A stretch of 60,054 nt of DNA, filler included. It is 4 parts of 4 records of this genome, joined end to end, with 100 filler letters (N's around TTAATTAATTAA, not from the genome) between each part and the next. Parts side by side here need not be neighbours in the genome. Positions count along the whole stretch, not along the records: positions 18,234 to 35,118 come from SRR31156797_4605; positions 35,219 to 51,828 come from SRR31156797_4620; 2 more parts are not named here. One strand, 5' to 3'. The position numbers and the translations under genes were made by a program. Below the pieces are notes generated by a model. It ran no database searches. It was not told where the DNA came from and was given only the letters and a program-made list of their open reading frames with translations. Below are positions 27,937 to 36,848 of this stretch, one piece after another. Numbering within the stretch: position 1 is the first letter of the stretch; each line of letters opens with the position of its first letter.

Positions 27937-29906
27937 ATTAAATATCCTTCAGTAATCTTAGTAGTTTGCTTTTCTTCATCATATTTAATAGTCCATTCAT
28001 TACTTATATGACTGCTTATTCTTTCATAGTAGTCGCCATATATCTCTTCATCAGTTGACAGTAATATCACTTGATGAGCTGCATTAGGAAAATAGCGATT
28101 TATTAAATGTTCTCTGTGAACTGAATCAAGCCTGCCCATTGGTGTATCAACGATTACAGGGATAGTTCTATTCGATGCCTTTTGCAATCCCCAAAAAATG
28201 GCAACGGCTAAGAGCTGTCTTTCCCCTGCTGATAATTTATCAGCCGATATTTTCTTTCCATCCGAGTTTGTAAGAGTTATTAAGAAAGACGCAGTATCAA
28301 TTCTTAGATTGTTGACGAGCGATTTTTTATTCACTAGATTGTTAAAACTTTCTAGTATTTGAAGTTCCAATGTTTCTAAGTGCTTCTTCACCAACTCATC
28401 TTTATATAAATCAAGATACTGCTGAGCCTTCAAACTATATGATATTATTCTATTATTATCATCTTCTGAAGAAGTCACTCTAGCATTCTCGCCAATCAGT
28501 TTTACAACCCTTTCCTTCAACAGGGCTAATTCTGATTGAAGATTCTGCAACTTATCTTCTTTAAATTGAATATCTGACTCAATACTCAACAATAATTTAG
28601 TACTATTTACACGTTCATTGTATAAAGATTCTAATTCTCCCTCTTCTGGAGTTGAATCGAGAATTATGTTTATCTTTCTTATTCTTTTATCTAAAGCAGT
28701 ATGATCCTTAAGTAATTGATTGTATTCTTTCTCTCGCTCAGGAATGTTATGAAGAATTGCTTCTAATAAGGGTATACTATCAGTGGGGAAACCTAGATAG
28801 AGATCAGCATCCTCAATCTTTTGATTTAAAGTTTGCTTTTCTGTAGTTGCCAAATTAGTTAATGCATTTATTACTTTTCTTGATGCCCCGTTTTCTTCAG
28901 CAACTATTAGATGTTTTTCATGGATTTGATCATATTGGGATAATTGTTGAATACAATTAGCAACATCCACTTCTACTTTCACTTGTTCTTTAATTTGAGA
29001 GAGCTGATCTTTGACTATAAACAAAGGAAGAACGCCAGATCTTTCCTTAATAATCTGTTTTGATAATAACTCTGATTGTTTTTCTAGTTCTTTTTTAAGA
29101 GTTTCATTTTTACTTCTTTCATCTAGTAAAGTACCACCCTTGTATTCATATTCAGAATCAAGAATTGCTATTTTTTTCTTAATATCACTTCTCTGGTTTT
29201 TTAAACTAACTATTGCGTCTTCTAAGCTTTGAATCTCATTATCAACAGTTTCATATTGATTTTCAGCTACCTTTAATTTATGAACCTCACTTTCTGACTT
29301 ATTATTAATAGATTTATTACGATTCAAAATAGATAGATCTTGTTGTAGTTGTTCAATCGTTCCAATTCCAAGAAGCTCAACAATAGCAGATTCTAGAAAC
29401 TCTTGGGCTGTCTCTGGTCGAACTAAGTTTTCAATCTGTTCACCATCAAAAAAAAACAAAGTAGAGAGCTTTGCAGGTAATATTGAATCGATATACTGAT
29501 CCCAAATTGTAGAGATAGCCTGATCAAGTATATTATTGATAAATACATCTTTACGCTCTTTAATACCTTTTCCTGTAGAAATCCATGAAAACTCAACTTT
29601 AAAATCTGTTTCTCTTCCTCTATATGGATGTTTAAAGCTAAGTTTTATTCTTGTTTCAATCGTTGGCTCCGCATCACGATTTATCCAAGATCTGAGATAA
29701 TCGGCCCACCTTTGGTCAGATCTTTTAAATGCATTAGATCTCTTCCCATAAAGACACAATTGCATCGCATCCAGTATAGTGGTCTTTCCTCCGCCATTAT
29801 GACCACCAATTAATAAAATAGGTTCAGTTTTTGTAGTTACTAAAGATATTTTATGCTTGCCTTTATACTGACCAAAATTCTGTAAAGTTAAATCTTGAAA
29901 TATCAT
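27933..29906 (-). CDS. dndD: DNA sulfur modification ATPase DndD
   Basis: GGHNGGGKTT, LFFFDGEQI, LSAGERQL, IVDTPMGRLDS.HR, QVILLSTDEE. Confidence 0.93.
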   Translation of the reverse strand: MIFQDLTLQNFGQYKGKHKISLVTTKTEPILLIGGHNGGGKTTILDAMQLCLYGKRSNAFKRSDQRWADYLRSWINRDAEPTIETRIKLSFKHPYRGRETDFKVEFSWISTGKGIKERKDVFINNILDQAISTIWDQYIDSILPAKLSTLFFFDGEQIENLVRPETAQEFLESAIVELLGIGTIEQLQQDLSILNRNKSINNKSESEVHKLKVAENQYETVDNEIQSLEDAIVSLKNQRSDIKKKIAILDSEYEYKGGTLLDERSKNETLKKELEKQSELLSKQIIKERSGVLPLFIVKDQLSQIKEQVKVEVDVANCIQQLSQYDQIHEKHLIVAEENGASRKVINALTNLATTEKQTLNQKIEDADLYLGFPTDSIPLLEAILHNIPEREKEYNQLLKDHTALDKRIRKINIILDSTPEEGELESLYNERVNSTKLLLSIESDIQFKEDKLQNLQSELALLKERVVKLIGENARVTSSEDDNNRIISYSLKAQQYLDLYKDELVKKHLETLELQILESFNNLVNKKSLVNNLRIDTASFLITLTNSDGKKISADKLSAGERQLLAVAIFWGLQKASNRTIPVIVDTPMGRLDSVHREHLINRYFPNAAHQVILLSTDEEIYGDYYERISSHISNEWTIKYDEEKQTTKITEGYLI

Positions 29907-31462
29907 ATTACTTTATCTTCTTCATTCTTTAATTGAATATATTCATCTGTATCACGTTCCCATTCATCAACTTGCTTATCTATATAATGTTGTTTTGACT
30001 GGGCATAATTGATAGCATCGTCTTCATTTTTATAAAAATTTCTTTTTATTGAACTCTCTAAGTTCTTTAACAGGTTAGTTCTCCGGATTTGAGATGACTC
30101 TTTCAGTTCAACGCTCAGTAAATCTCTAACAAGATTATAATCGTTTCCACAAATCTCTTTGAGAATATTTAAGTCACCTCTATCAAATGGTTGATTTCCT
30201 TGTAATTCCTTTCCAGAAAATGGTTCACCAATTTCTTCTTCATAGACAGTGGGTAGAATATCTTCAATTTCGTTCTTTTCGAAAACCCATATCCGCCTGA
30301 TCTCATCAAGTTCATCTTCTGTTATTAGCTTAATATCCTTTACTTGCTCAGGCCCCTCATCACGGATGAATCGTTGAGCACTAAGAAGCATTCTTAGAAA
30401 ACGTTCCCTAACTTCTGGTTTATATGGACCTGGGATATATTTCATTTTGTCTCCGAATAGTTGAACTCGACCATTCATCCTTCGGAAATCTCGTAAACTT
30501 CTGTCGCTATCATCCATACTGAATTGTCGAAAATCAATCGCATTTCTTATCTCCAACATTGGGAGCATCCATTCTTTATCCGCATCATTTTGAATCATAG
30601 CAGCCATTGATTTATCCTGATCGACCAAGGTACAAGTCCAGCACCCAAATCTACTATCTCCACAGCTCGGTGTACTTGCATCAACAACCAATGGGCATTC
30701 ACCACCTTCTGTTGCTCCTGAGTAGAGTCCTAATAGCTCTGCATTACTATAACCCCATGGATTACTGTATTGATTTAAGAAAAGCCACACATCATCATTA
30801 GTCCACTCTTGAATTGGAGAATATATCCAAGTGTTGGGTAATTGACTATTCGGACTAACCTTAGATCCGACTTCAAGATCCCCATATCTATGCTCTTTTG
30901 ATCGTTCTCCTTCATAATGTTTCATTGAAGATGCTCTTTTAGAACTTTCTTTCTTTCTTGTTCCAAGACATAGAAGAACATCACCATGCTGCTTGGTTGT
31001 TTCAAGAATAAACTCATTTGAAGGCCATATCTTCAATCGCTCCGTACACCATCTAAATTTAGGACGTGGTGCTGGATATCCCTTCCCAATGAGATTTGTC
31101 CAGAAGCTATTTTCGGGTTTTGGTCTCAATTGATGAGGATAGAATGGAAGATTATTCTCTAATGCACTATCTTCCATATGTTGTAGAGACCCAAACACCC
31201 ATTGAGCAACAATCGGATTCTCTACTAAAGTATCAGTAGTAATGATATGGACTGCTTTCTTTCGTTCAGATTCCCTTAGTGATGAAATTGCCATCCATAC
31301 AAGCTGGAGTACTGCTGTTGAGTCTTTGCCACCACTATAGCCAATTACCCAAGGTACTTCATCAACCAGATATAGAGTAGTTATCTCATTAAGCAGCTCA
31401 TTGATAGATGTCTTTATACCTGATTTACTAAATGCTGAATCTGAATTATTGTCCTTTCCCAT
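29903..31462 (-). CDS. dndC: DNA phosphorothioation sulfurtransferase DndC
   Basis: PP-loop YSGGKDS, GKGYPAP..FRWCT, ECPLV...SCGDSRFGCWTCT. ATG 31462 follows GAGG (the ORF track starts at 31483). Confidence 0.95.
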   Translation of the reverse strand: MGKDNNSDSAFSKSGIKTSINELLNEITTLYLVDEVPWVIGYSGGKDSTAVLQLVWMAISSLRESERKKAVHIITTDTLVENPIVAQWVFGSLQHMEDSALENNLPFYPHQLRPKPENSFWTNLIGKGYPAPRPKFRWCTERLKIWPSNEFILETTKQHGDVLLCLGTRKKESSKRASSMKHYEGERSKEHRYGDLEVGSKVSPNSQLPNTWIYSPIQEWTNDDVWLFLNQYSNPWGYSNAELLGLYSGATEGGECPLVVDASTPSCGDSRFGCWTCTLVDQDKSMAAMIQNDADKEWMLPMLEIRNAIDFRQFSMDDSDRSLRDFRRMNGRVQLFGDKMKYIPGPYKPEVRERFLRMLLSAQRFIRDEGPEQVKDIKLITEDELDEIRRIWVFEKNEIEDILPTVYEEEIGEPFSGKELQGNQPFDRGDLNILKEICGNDYNLVRDLLSVELKESSQIRRTNLLKNLESSIKRNFYKNEDDAINYAQSKQHYIDKQVDEWERDTDEYIQLKNEEDKVI

Positions 31463-32561
31463 TATGTCCCTCAATAAATGCATTCTCTTTTTTTAGCTCT
31501 TCAGAAGAAAGTTCTAAACCAAGAATAGTTTTAATGTAATTAGAAGTCAGTACGACATTATTGGAAGACTTTTGAATATTGCCACCTATCAAAACTCTCC
31601 CTTCCCAACATGTCGTATTAGTCCGTGACCAGTTTATTTTTTTTATATTTGTTAAACGATCCTTCCAATCGTCGGGAAATTCTTTAATTAATGAGTTCCC
31701 AACAATGCCAAGTGCATGTAGTGCTGTGCTATGAGAATGAACATAGTCACTTCGTGATTCACCTGCACTTAACTTATGCTCATAAACAAGTATCCACTCT
31801 TGAATATGACTAGCTACAGCATCCCAATAATCGACTATAAGTTCAATTAGCTCATCATTCTGATACATAAGATCTTTTACTAAAGCTTTGATTGCAGAAT
31901 AGACCGCACTCAAAGTGAACAGTTTTCTTGAGCGTTGTGACAACGAACTTTTCTCCATTGCAACGACACTACTAAAAAGCTCTGACCGTGATACGACTTC
32001 TTTCGTCAATAATGAGTATTCATCCCTATAATCATATAGAATATTGAGAGATTTTGACGGTCTGATAGAATAGCGGTTTAAATCAGCAAACATTTGCTGA
32101 CATCTCTTAAGTCCCTGATCAACAAAAAACACAACTGAAATAGTTTCATTTGCAATATCTGGATTCTCTTTAATAGCTTCTTCAATCGCAGCCCTACGGT
32201 GTTGACCATCGTTGATAATCAGCTTCGCATCCATATCAATATGAAGTGTTCCCATCTTACTATGATGCTTATCATCTTTTACATGAGGTATGAAGTTTGA
32301 TTTGCCATCAATAGATGCTGTAATTGCAGAGAATACATAGCTATCTAAATTATCTAGAATGTATCGCTTTATCTCTGGAATCCTAGCTTTATTTAATTCT
32401 CTCTGGGCGCGTAATATTGCAGGAATACCGGGTTCATCAAATAAAAACATCTTAGGTAGTAACCTAATAGGGCACATTGATATATAATATTCTTGCTGTG
32501 CTTGGATACCTCTTATTGCTGGAAAAACGTACTCATACTCATACAAATGATTTTCAGCCAT
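31446..32561 (-). CDS. dndB: DndB (DGQHR) regulator
   Basis: FPAIRGIQA, RAQRELNKARIP, INDGQHRRAAI, QQMFADLN. Confidence 0.94.
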   Translation of the reverse strand: MAENHLYEYEYVFPAIRGIQAQQEYYISMCPIRLLPKMFLFDEPGIPAILRAQRELNKARIPEIKRYILDNLDSYVFSAITASIDGKSNFIPHVKDDKHHSKMGTLHIDMDAKLIINDGQHRRAAIEEAIKENPDIANETISVVFFVDQGLKRCQQMFADLNRYSIRPSKSLNILYDYRDEYSLLTKEVVSRSELFSSVVAMEKSSLSQRSRKLFTLSAVYSAIKALVKDLMYQNDELIELIVDYWDAVASHIQEWILVYEHKLSAGESRSDYVHSHSTALHALGIVGNSLIKEFPDDWKDRLTNIKKINWSRTNTTCWEGRVLIGGNIQKSSNNVVLTSNYIKTILGLELSSEELKKENAFIEGHNGKGQ

Positions 32562-32594
32562 AACTAATCCTTAATTGATGATATGTGTGTACAC

Positions 32595-32612
32595 TACTTC
32601 ATTTTGAGCGTA
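32595..32612. promoter_or_regulatory. Candidate DndB operator
   Basis: TACT-N10-CGTA in the dndB/dndA divergent intergenic region, one mismatch from the TACG-N10-CGTA DndB site as I recall it. Confidence 0.45.
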
Positions 32613-32672
32613 TTATCAATACAAACAGTACGCGTCTGTAATACATACACATAAAAAGAAGGATGGATTGCA

Positions 32673-33806
32673 ATGAGCATTTATCTTGATTGCAACGCAA
32701 CAACACCTATCGAACCAGAGGTATCTGAAGCAGTTAGATATTATACAGAAGAAGAGTTTGGAAATGCTGGAAGCCGTACACATGATTATGGGACTATTGC
32801 CAAAAAGGCTGTTCAAAAAGCTAGAAAGCAAGTAACTGATCTTTTACCAGCGTTAGATTCTTCAGATGTAATTTTTACTTCTGGAGCAACAGAATCAAAT
32901 AATATAGCACTTCTAGGTCTTTTGACTTGGGCGAGGGAGAACGGAAAAAATCATATCTTAACTACATCAATAGAGCATAAAGCCATACTAGAACCCCTCG
33001 CTTATGCAGAATCCATTGGATTTGACGTTGAAAGGATTTCCCCAAATGACTCTGGTGCTATCAATGCTACGGATTTATTAAATAGGGTTCGTAAAGATAC
33101 TTTTTTAGTTTCAGTGATGCATGTAAACAATGAAACAGGTATTATCCAACCAATCGATCAGATAGCAAATGGACTTCCTGAACGAGAGTGCTATTTACAT
33201 GTTGATGCAGCTCAGGGATATGGAAAAGAGTTTGATGAACTATCAAATAACAGAATCGATCTCATAAGCATAAGCGGACATAAAATCTATGGGCCAAAAG
33301 GTGTCGGTGCATTAATCATGAGAAGAAGGAAGTTCAAAAGAGCACCAATAGTACCTATCATGTATGGTGGAGGTCAAGAAAGAGGGCTTCGCCCAGGAAC
33401 CTTACCTGTACCATTGATAGCAGGTCTTGGAATTGCGGCTGAACTTTGCCAAAAAAACTACAAACAACGAAACCTTGCGAACAAAGCACTCCGTGAAGAA
33501 CTACTTAAATCCTTGGAAAATATCAATTATGAAATAAATGGAGATGGATTACTCTCTCTTCCTCATACCATTAATCTTTCATTTCCTAATATAAACTCTG
33601 AAGCGCTAATGTTAGCACTAAAAGGATATATATCAGTTTCTAATGGTTCGGCCTGTACTTCGCAAAGCTATGAGCCAAGTCATGTTTTAACTCAAATGGG
33701 TTTCTCTAAAGATCGGATTAATTCATCGATTAGACTTTCATGGTGCCATATGACAAAAAATCCTAATTGGGAGTATTTCATAAAGATATTAAAATCATTC
33801 GACTAG
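32673..33806 (+). CDS. dndA: Cysteine desulfurase DndA
   Basis: YLDCNATTP, FGNAGSRTH, SGHKIYGPKG (PLP Lys), SNGSACTSQSYEPSHVL; divergent from dndB. Confidence 0.93.
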   Translation: MSIYLDCNATTPIEPEVSEAVRYYTEEEFGNAGSRTHDYGTIAKKAVQKARKQVTDLLPALDSSDVIFTSGATESNNIALLGLLTWARENGKNHILTTSIEHKAILEPLAYAESIGFDVERISPNDSGAINATDLLNRVRKDTFLVSVMHVNNETGIIQPIDQIANGLPERECYLHVDAAQGYGKEFDELSNNRIDLISISGHKIYGPKGVGALIMRRRKFKRAPIVPIMYGGGQERGLRPGTLPVPLIAGLGIAAELCQKNYKQRNLANKALREELLKSLENINYEINGDGLLSLPHTINLSFPNINSEALMLALKGYISVSNGSACTSQSYEPSHVLTQMGFSKDRINSSIRLSWCHMTKNPNWEYFIKILKSFD

Positions 33807-33943
33807 GAGAGTGAAGTTGGATAACGATAAGTTCAAGATCCGACATACAATTCTCTGCTCAACTCCAGACTTTCTAATCTTTTGACCTCCGGTCATCTTA
33901 ACTCATAAACATTCTTTATCTACCTTCCAGAGGGGATATTTTC

Positions 33944-33975
33944 TACTACACATACGGCTATATGTAGTATATAAT
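33944..33975 (+). promoter_or_regulatory. abiE promoter: inverted-repeat operator plus -10 box
   Basis: TACTACACATA-CGGC-TATATGTAGTA (10/11 inverted repeat) abuts TATAAT at 33970-33975, 7 nt before the ATG. Confidence 0.65.
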
Positions 33976-33982
33976 ATCATGC

Positions 33983-34585
33983 ATGACCGATGAAACCAGA
34001 AAGCGGATTATACAAGTCTTTACGGAACATTCCGGTTATGCAAGAACCCGGGACATTCGCTTCAATGGAATTCACAACAAATACCTCCAGCAGCTGATGA
34101 ACGAAGGCAGTATCATCAAGCTCAAACACGGCCTTTATAGCCTGGCGGAAATAGATAATTATGCAGTTCTTCAGGAAGCGCTCCTTACAGTTCCCGATGG
34201 AATCGTCTGCATGGGGACTGCCCTTTCCTTCTACGAGCTGACAACCTGGAATCCTCCAGAAACACATATTGCCATCCGGCGGGGAAGGAAGATCGTCCTT
34301 CCGGAGTACCCTCCTATCAAGCTTTATTATATATCGGAAAGCATGCTGGTACTCGGGCGTACTGAGATCAGAGCAGAATCCGGACAGATGATCGCCATAT
34401 ACGACAGAGAGAGAGTCGTCTGTGATGCCGTACGATTCAGGAACAAGATTGGCATGGATATTATGAAGGAAGTTCTTAAGGAATATATGGCAAGTAAGCA
34501 AAAGGATCTCAACACCCTGTACGGCTATGCACGGAAGCTGCGTATCGAGACCGTACTCAACCAATACCTGGATGTGCTCATATGA
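33983..34585 (+). CDS. abiEi: Type IV TA antitoxin, AbiEi family
   Basis: N-terminal wHTH (KLKHGLY), TALSFYELT, YDRERVVCD.VRFRNKIG; ATGA overlap with the toxin. Confidence 0.88.
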   Translation: MTDETRKRIIQVFTEHSGYARTRDIRFNGIHNKYLQQLMNEGSIIKLKHGLYSLAEIDNYAVLQEALLTVPDGIVCMGTALSFYELTTWNPPETHIAIRRGRKIVLPEYPPIKLYYISESMLVLGRTEIRAESGQMIAIYDRERVVCDAVRFRNKIGMDIMKEVLKEYMASKQKDLNTLYGYARKLRIETVLNQYLDVLI

Positions 34586-35118
34586 AGAATAAAGCAGCAT
34601 CTATTCGGACCCGGTTGCTTAATCTCTCCCGTGAGGAGAAGAAAGACTTTGTACTGATATCCCGTCTGTATATGCAGGAAGGGATACTCAGAAGAATAGG
34701 CCAATCCAAGTACAGTGAGTCATTCTATCTGAAAGGAGGTCTTCTCCTCTACTCGATCTCCGGCTTTACAAGCCGTCCCACAATGGACATCGATTTACTG
34801 GGTTTGAGTATTCCAAACGATTCTGATCGGCTGCAGGGCATACTATCCGAGATCCTCTCCATCCAGATTGAGGACGGTTTATCTTTTGAGACAGAGTCGA
34901 TGAGCCTTCAGGAGATCACGGAAGGTGCGGACTATCATGGACAGAGACTCAAGGTTCTCTGCCGACTCGGTTCTGTCCGAACGAACCTGAAGCTTGATAT
35001 CGGATTCGGCGATATCATCTTCCCCGAGCCGGTGAAGATAGACTACCCCCTGCTACTTGATTCAGAGAAATTCAGTATCTCGGCATATTCGCTGGAGTCG
35101 GTCATAGCTGAGAAGTTT
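34582..35118 (+). CDS. abiEii: Type IV TA toxin, AbiEii nucleotidyltransferase (truncated by contig end)
   Basis: LKGGLLL, RPTMDIDL, LDIGFGD, ESVIAEKF. Confidence 0.9.
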
Positions 35119-35218
35119 NNNNNNNNNNNNNNNNNNNNNNNNNNNNNNNNNNNNNNNNNNNNTTAATTAATTAANNNNNNNNNNNNNNNNNNNNNNNNNN
35201 NNNNNNNNNNNNNNNNNN
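35119..35218. other. Artificial contig linker
   Basis: N44-TTAATTAATTAA-N44. Confidence 0.98.
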
Positions 35219-35929
35219 TTGCGAAATGCAAAGATGTTTCCTGTGCATTTATGAACAGGTAAGTGCAAAAAATAGGGCTGAGGACTTGAGGTTGCCAAGT
35301 CCAATCTCTGAGGCAGCTGACCAGAACGTCATGCTACGCTATGTCTCCATAGATGACTATCAAAGTTATTGCCGGCCCAAGATATTTCCAGATAATTTCA
35401 GCGATGTTCAGGGATTATCTTAGACCGTTGATTTACAAGAACAGTCCAAATTTGCAGGGTTTCCAGAGTTGTTGACCTTGCCATTTCTAGCCTGAACCAA
35501 TGCGGTAAAATATATCCCTACTGGAAACAATAGGCGCATCAAATCTATGCGTAGCTTGGCCGTATTGAGATGCTCATGGACAAGATTAAGTCCCTAGTTT
35601 CGTTTTCTTTGATAGGGTTTTAGAACTGACTAGGTGTCTCGAACAGGAGTAATGTAAACTTTCTGATTTCTCAGATACTCGTGGCCTTATCAGATACAAT
35701 CTTAATCCTAATGCCATATATAAAAAAGACCACAAAGAGGTATCCCGCTAGCTTTAAGATTGGTCTGTGTAACAGTCTTAAGATTAAGTGAATAGTATTG
35801 TCGAGATATTGAGATTAGACCAGCCAATATAAAATATGAAGTAATTTTAGGCCCCATTTATTTCGGCTTAGTTCAAGCATGCTTTCACTTACAGAAGAAA
35901 GATAGAAAAAGTTACCAATTCATTTCTTA

Positions 35930-36193
35930 ATTGCTACCAGTGCCGATTCTGACTGGCACTGGCTCAGCGGTGAAGCCTGGGGGTACACCAACCGGACTCA
36001 AAATCTTGATGATGGTGTTATTGACAAAGATCCTCGCGACAACACCCAACCCAATGATTTAGGCAGGAATAAGAGCTAACGAATCCTTGGTTTTGGTGAA
36101 TTGAACCAGCCGGTTCCTACATGTGGTGACTACTCTGATGAAAACAGAGCTGATTCTGAGGTAGCTGAAAGTAGCTCCAGCTCTTTACCATAG
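35930..36193 (+). pseudogene. 3' remnant of a C-type-lectin-like gene
   Basis: DWHWLSGEAWGYTN...TQPND, an internal TAA, then in-frame LGFGELNQPVPT; no start found; followed by a terminator. Confidence 0.35.
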
Positions 36194-36233
36194 TCGGCCT
36201 CCCTAAAGCCCATCCGGGGGAGGCCGACTTTTT
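36192..36233. terminator. Stem-loop terminator between convergent units
   Basis: AGTCGGCCTCCC-N14-GGGAGGCCGACT followed by a T-run. Confidence 0.75.
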
Positions 36234-36242
36234 ACGAGATTA

Positions 36243-36848
36243 TCAATATTTCACAGAACAGCCGTATGGCGGAGAGCTTTTCTTTGCTATGCTCTTGCCT
36301 GCCAGCAATGAGGTCAGCCCCGCATCCACATAGTTGGTCGCTCTCTCAATATCTGCCGGATTGGCAGATTGAATGTTATCGATGCCCCCCGCGTATCTCA
36401 AGATGCCATCCTTATCGATGATGTACATGTGTGGCGTGGTTCGAGCGCCATACTGTCGTCCAACTATCCCCTCAGGATCAAACAGCACATGGGTGGGTGC
36501 GGCGTTGCGGCTGCTGGTGAGCACATTTGCAGTTTGCCCATCCACATAGCCCTGTTTTCCCGGAGCAGAAGAGATGATCGACAGCCACACCACATTACTG
36601 GCCGTGTATTTGCGCTGTAGTGACTGCATGTTATCGCTATCGTAATGCTTCTGTACATATGGGCATAGATGGTTGGTCCACTCCAGTACCACAATTTTTC
36701 CCTGGTAATCCGAGAGTGAAACCGTCGCTCCCGAAGCGCTGTTCAGGGTAAAATCCGGGGCGACCTTGTCCAGTTGAACTGCGTAAACCGCGGTATGACT
36801 GAGGCCCAAAAACAGTATCAGGGTAAATAAACTATTTTTAATTTTCAT
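36243..36848 (-). CDS. Exported redoxin (AhpC/TSA-like thioredoxin fold)
   Basis: Signal peptide from MKIKNS, APDFTL, LEWTNHLCPYV, YGARTTPHMY, PYGCSVKY. Confidence 0.88.
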   Translation of the reverse strand: MKIKNSLFTLILFLGLSHTAVYAVQLDKVAPDFTLNSASGATVSLSDYQGKIVVLEWTNHLCPYVQKHYDSDNMQSLQRKYTASNVVWLSIISSAPGKQGYVDGQTANVLTSSRNAAPTHVLFDPEGIVGRQYGARTTPHMYIIDKDGILRYAGGIDNIQSANPADIERATNYVDAGLTSLLAGKSIAKKSSPPYGCSVKY

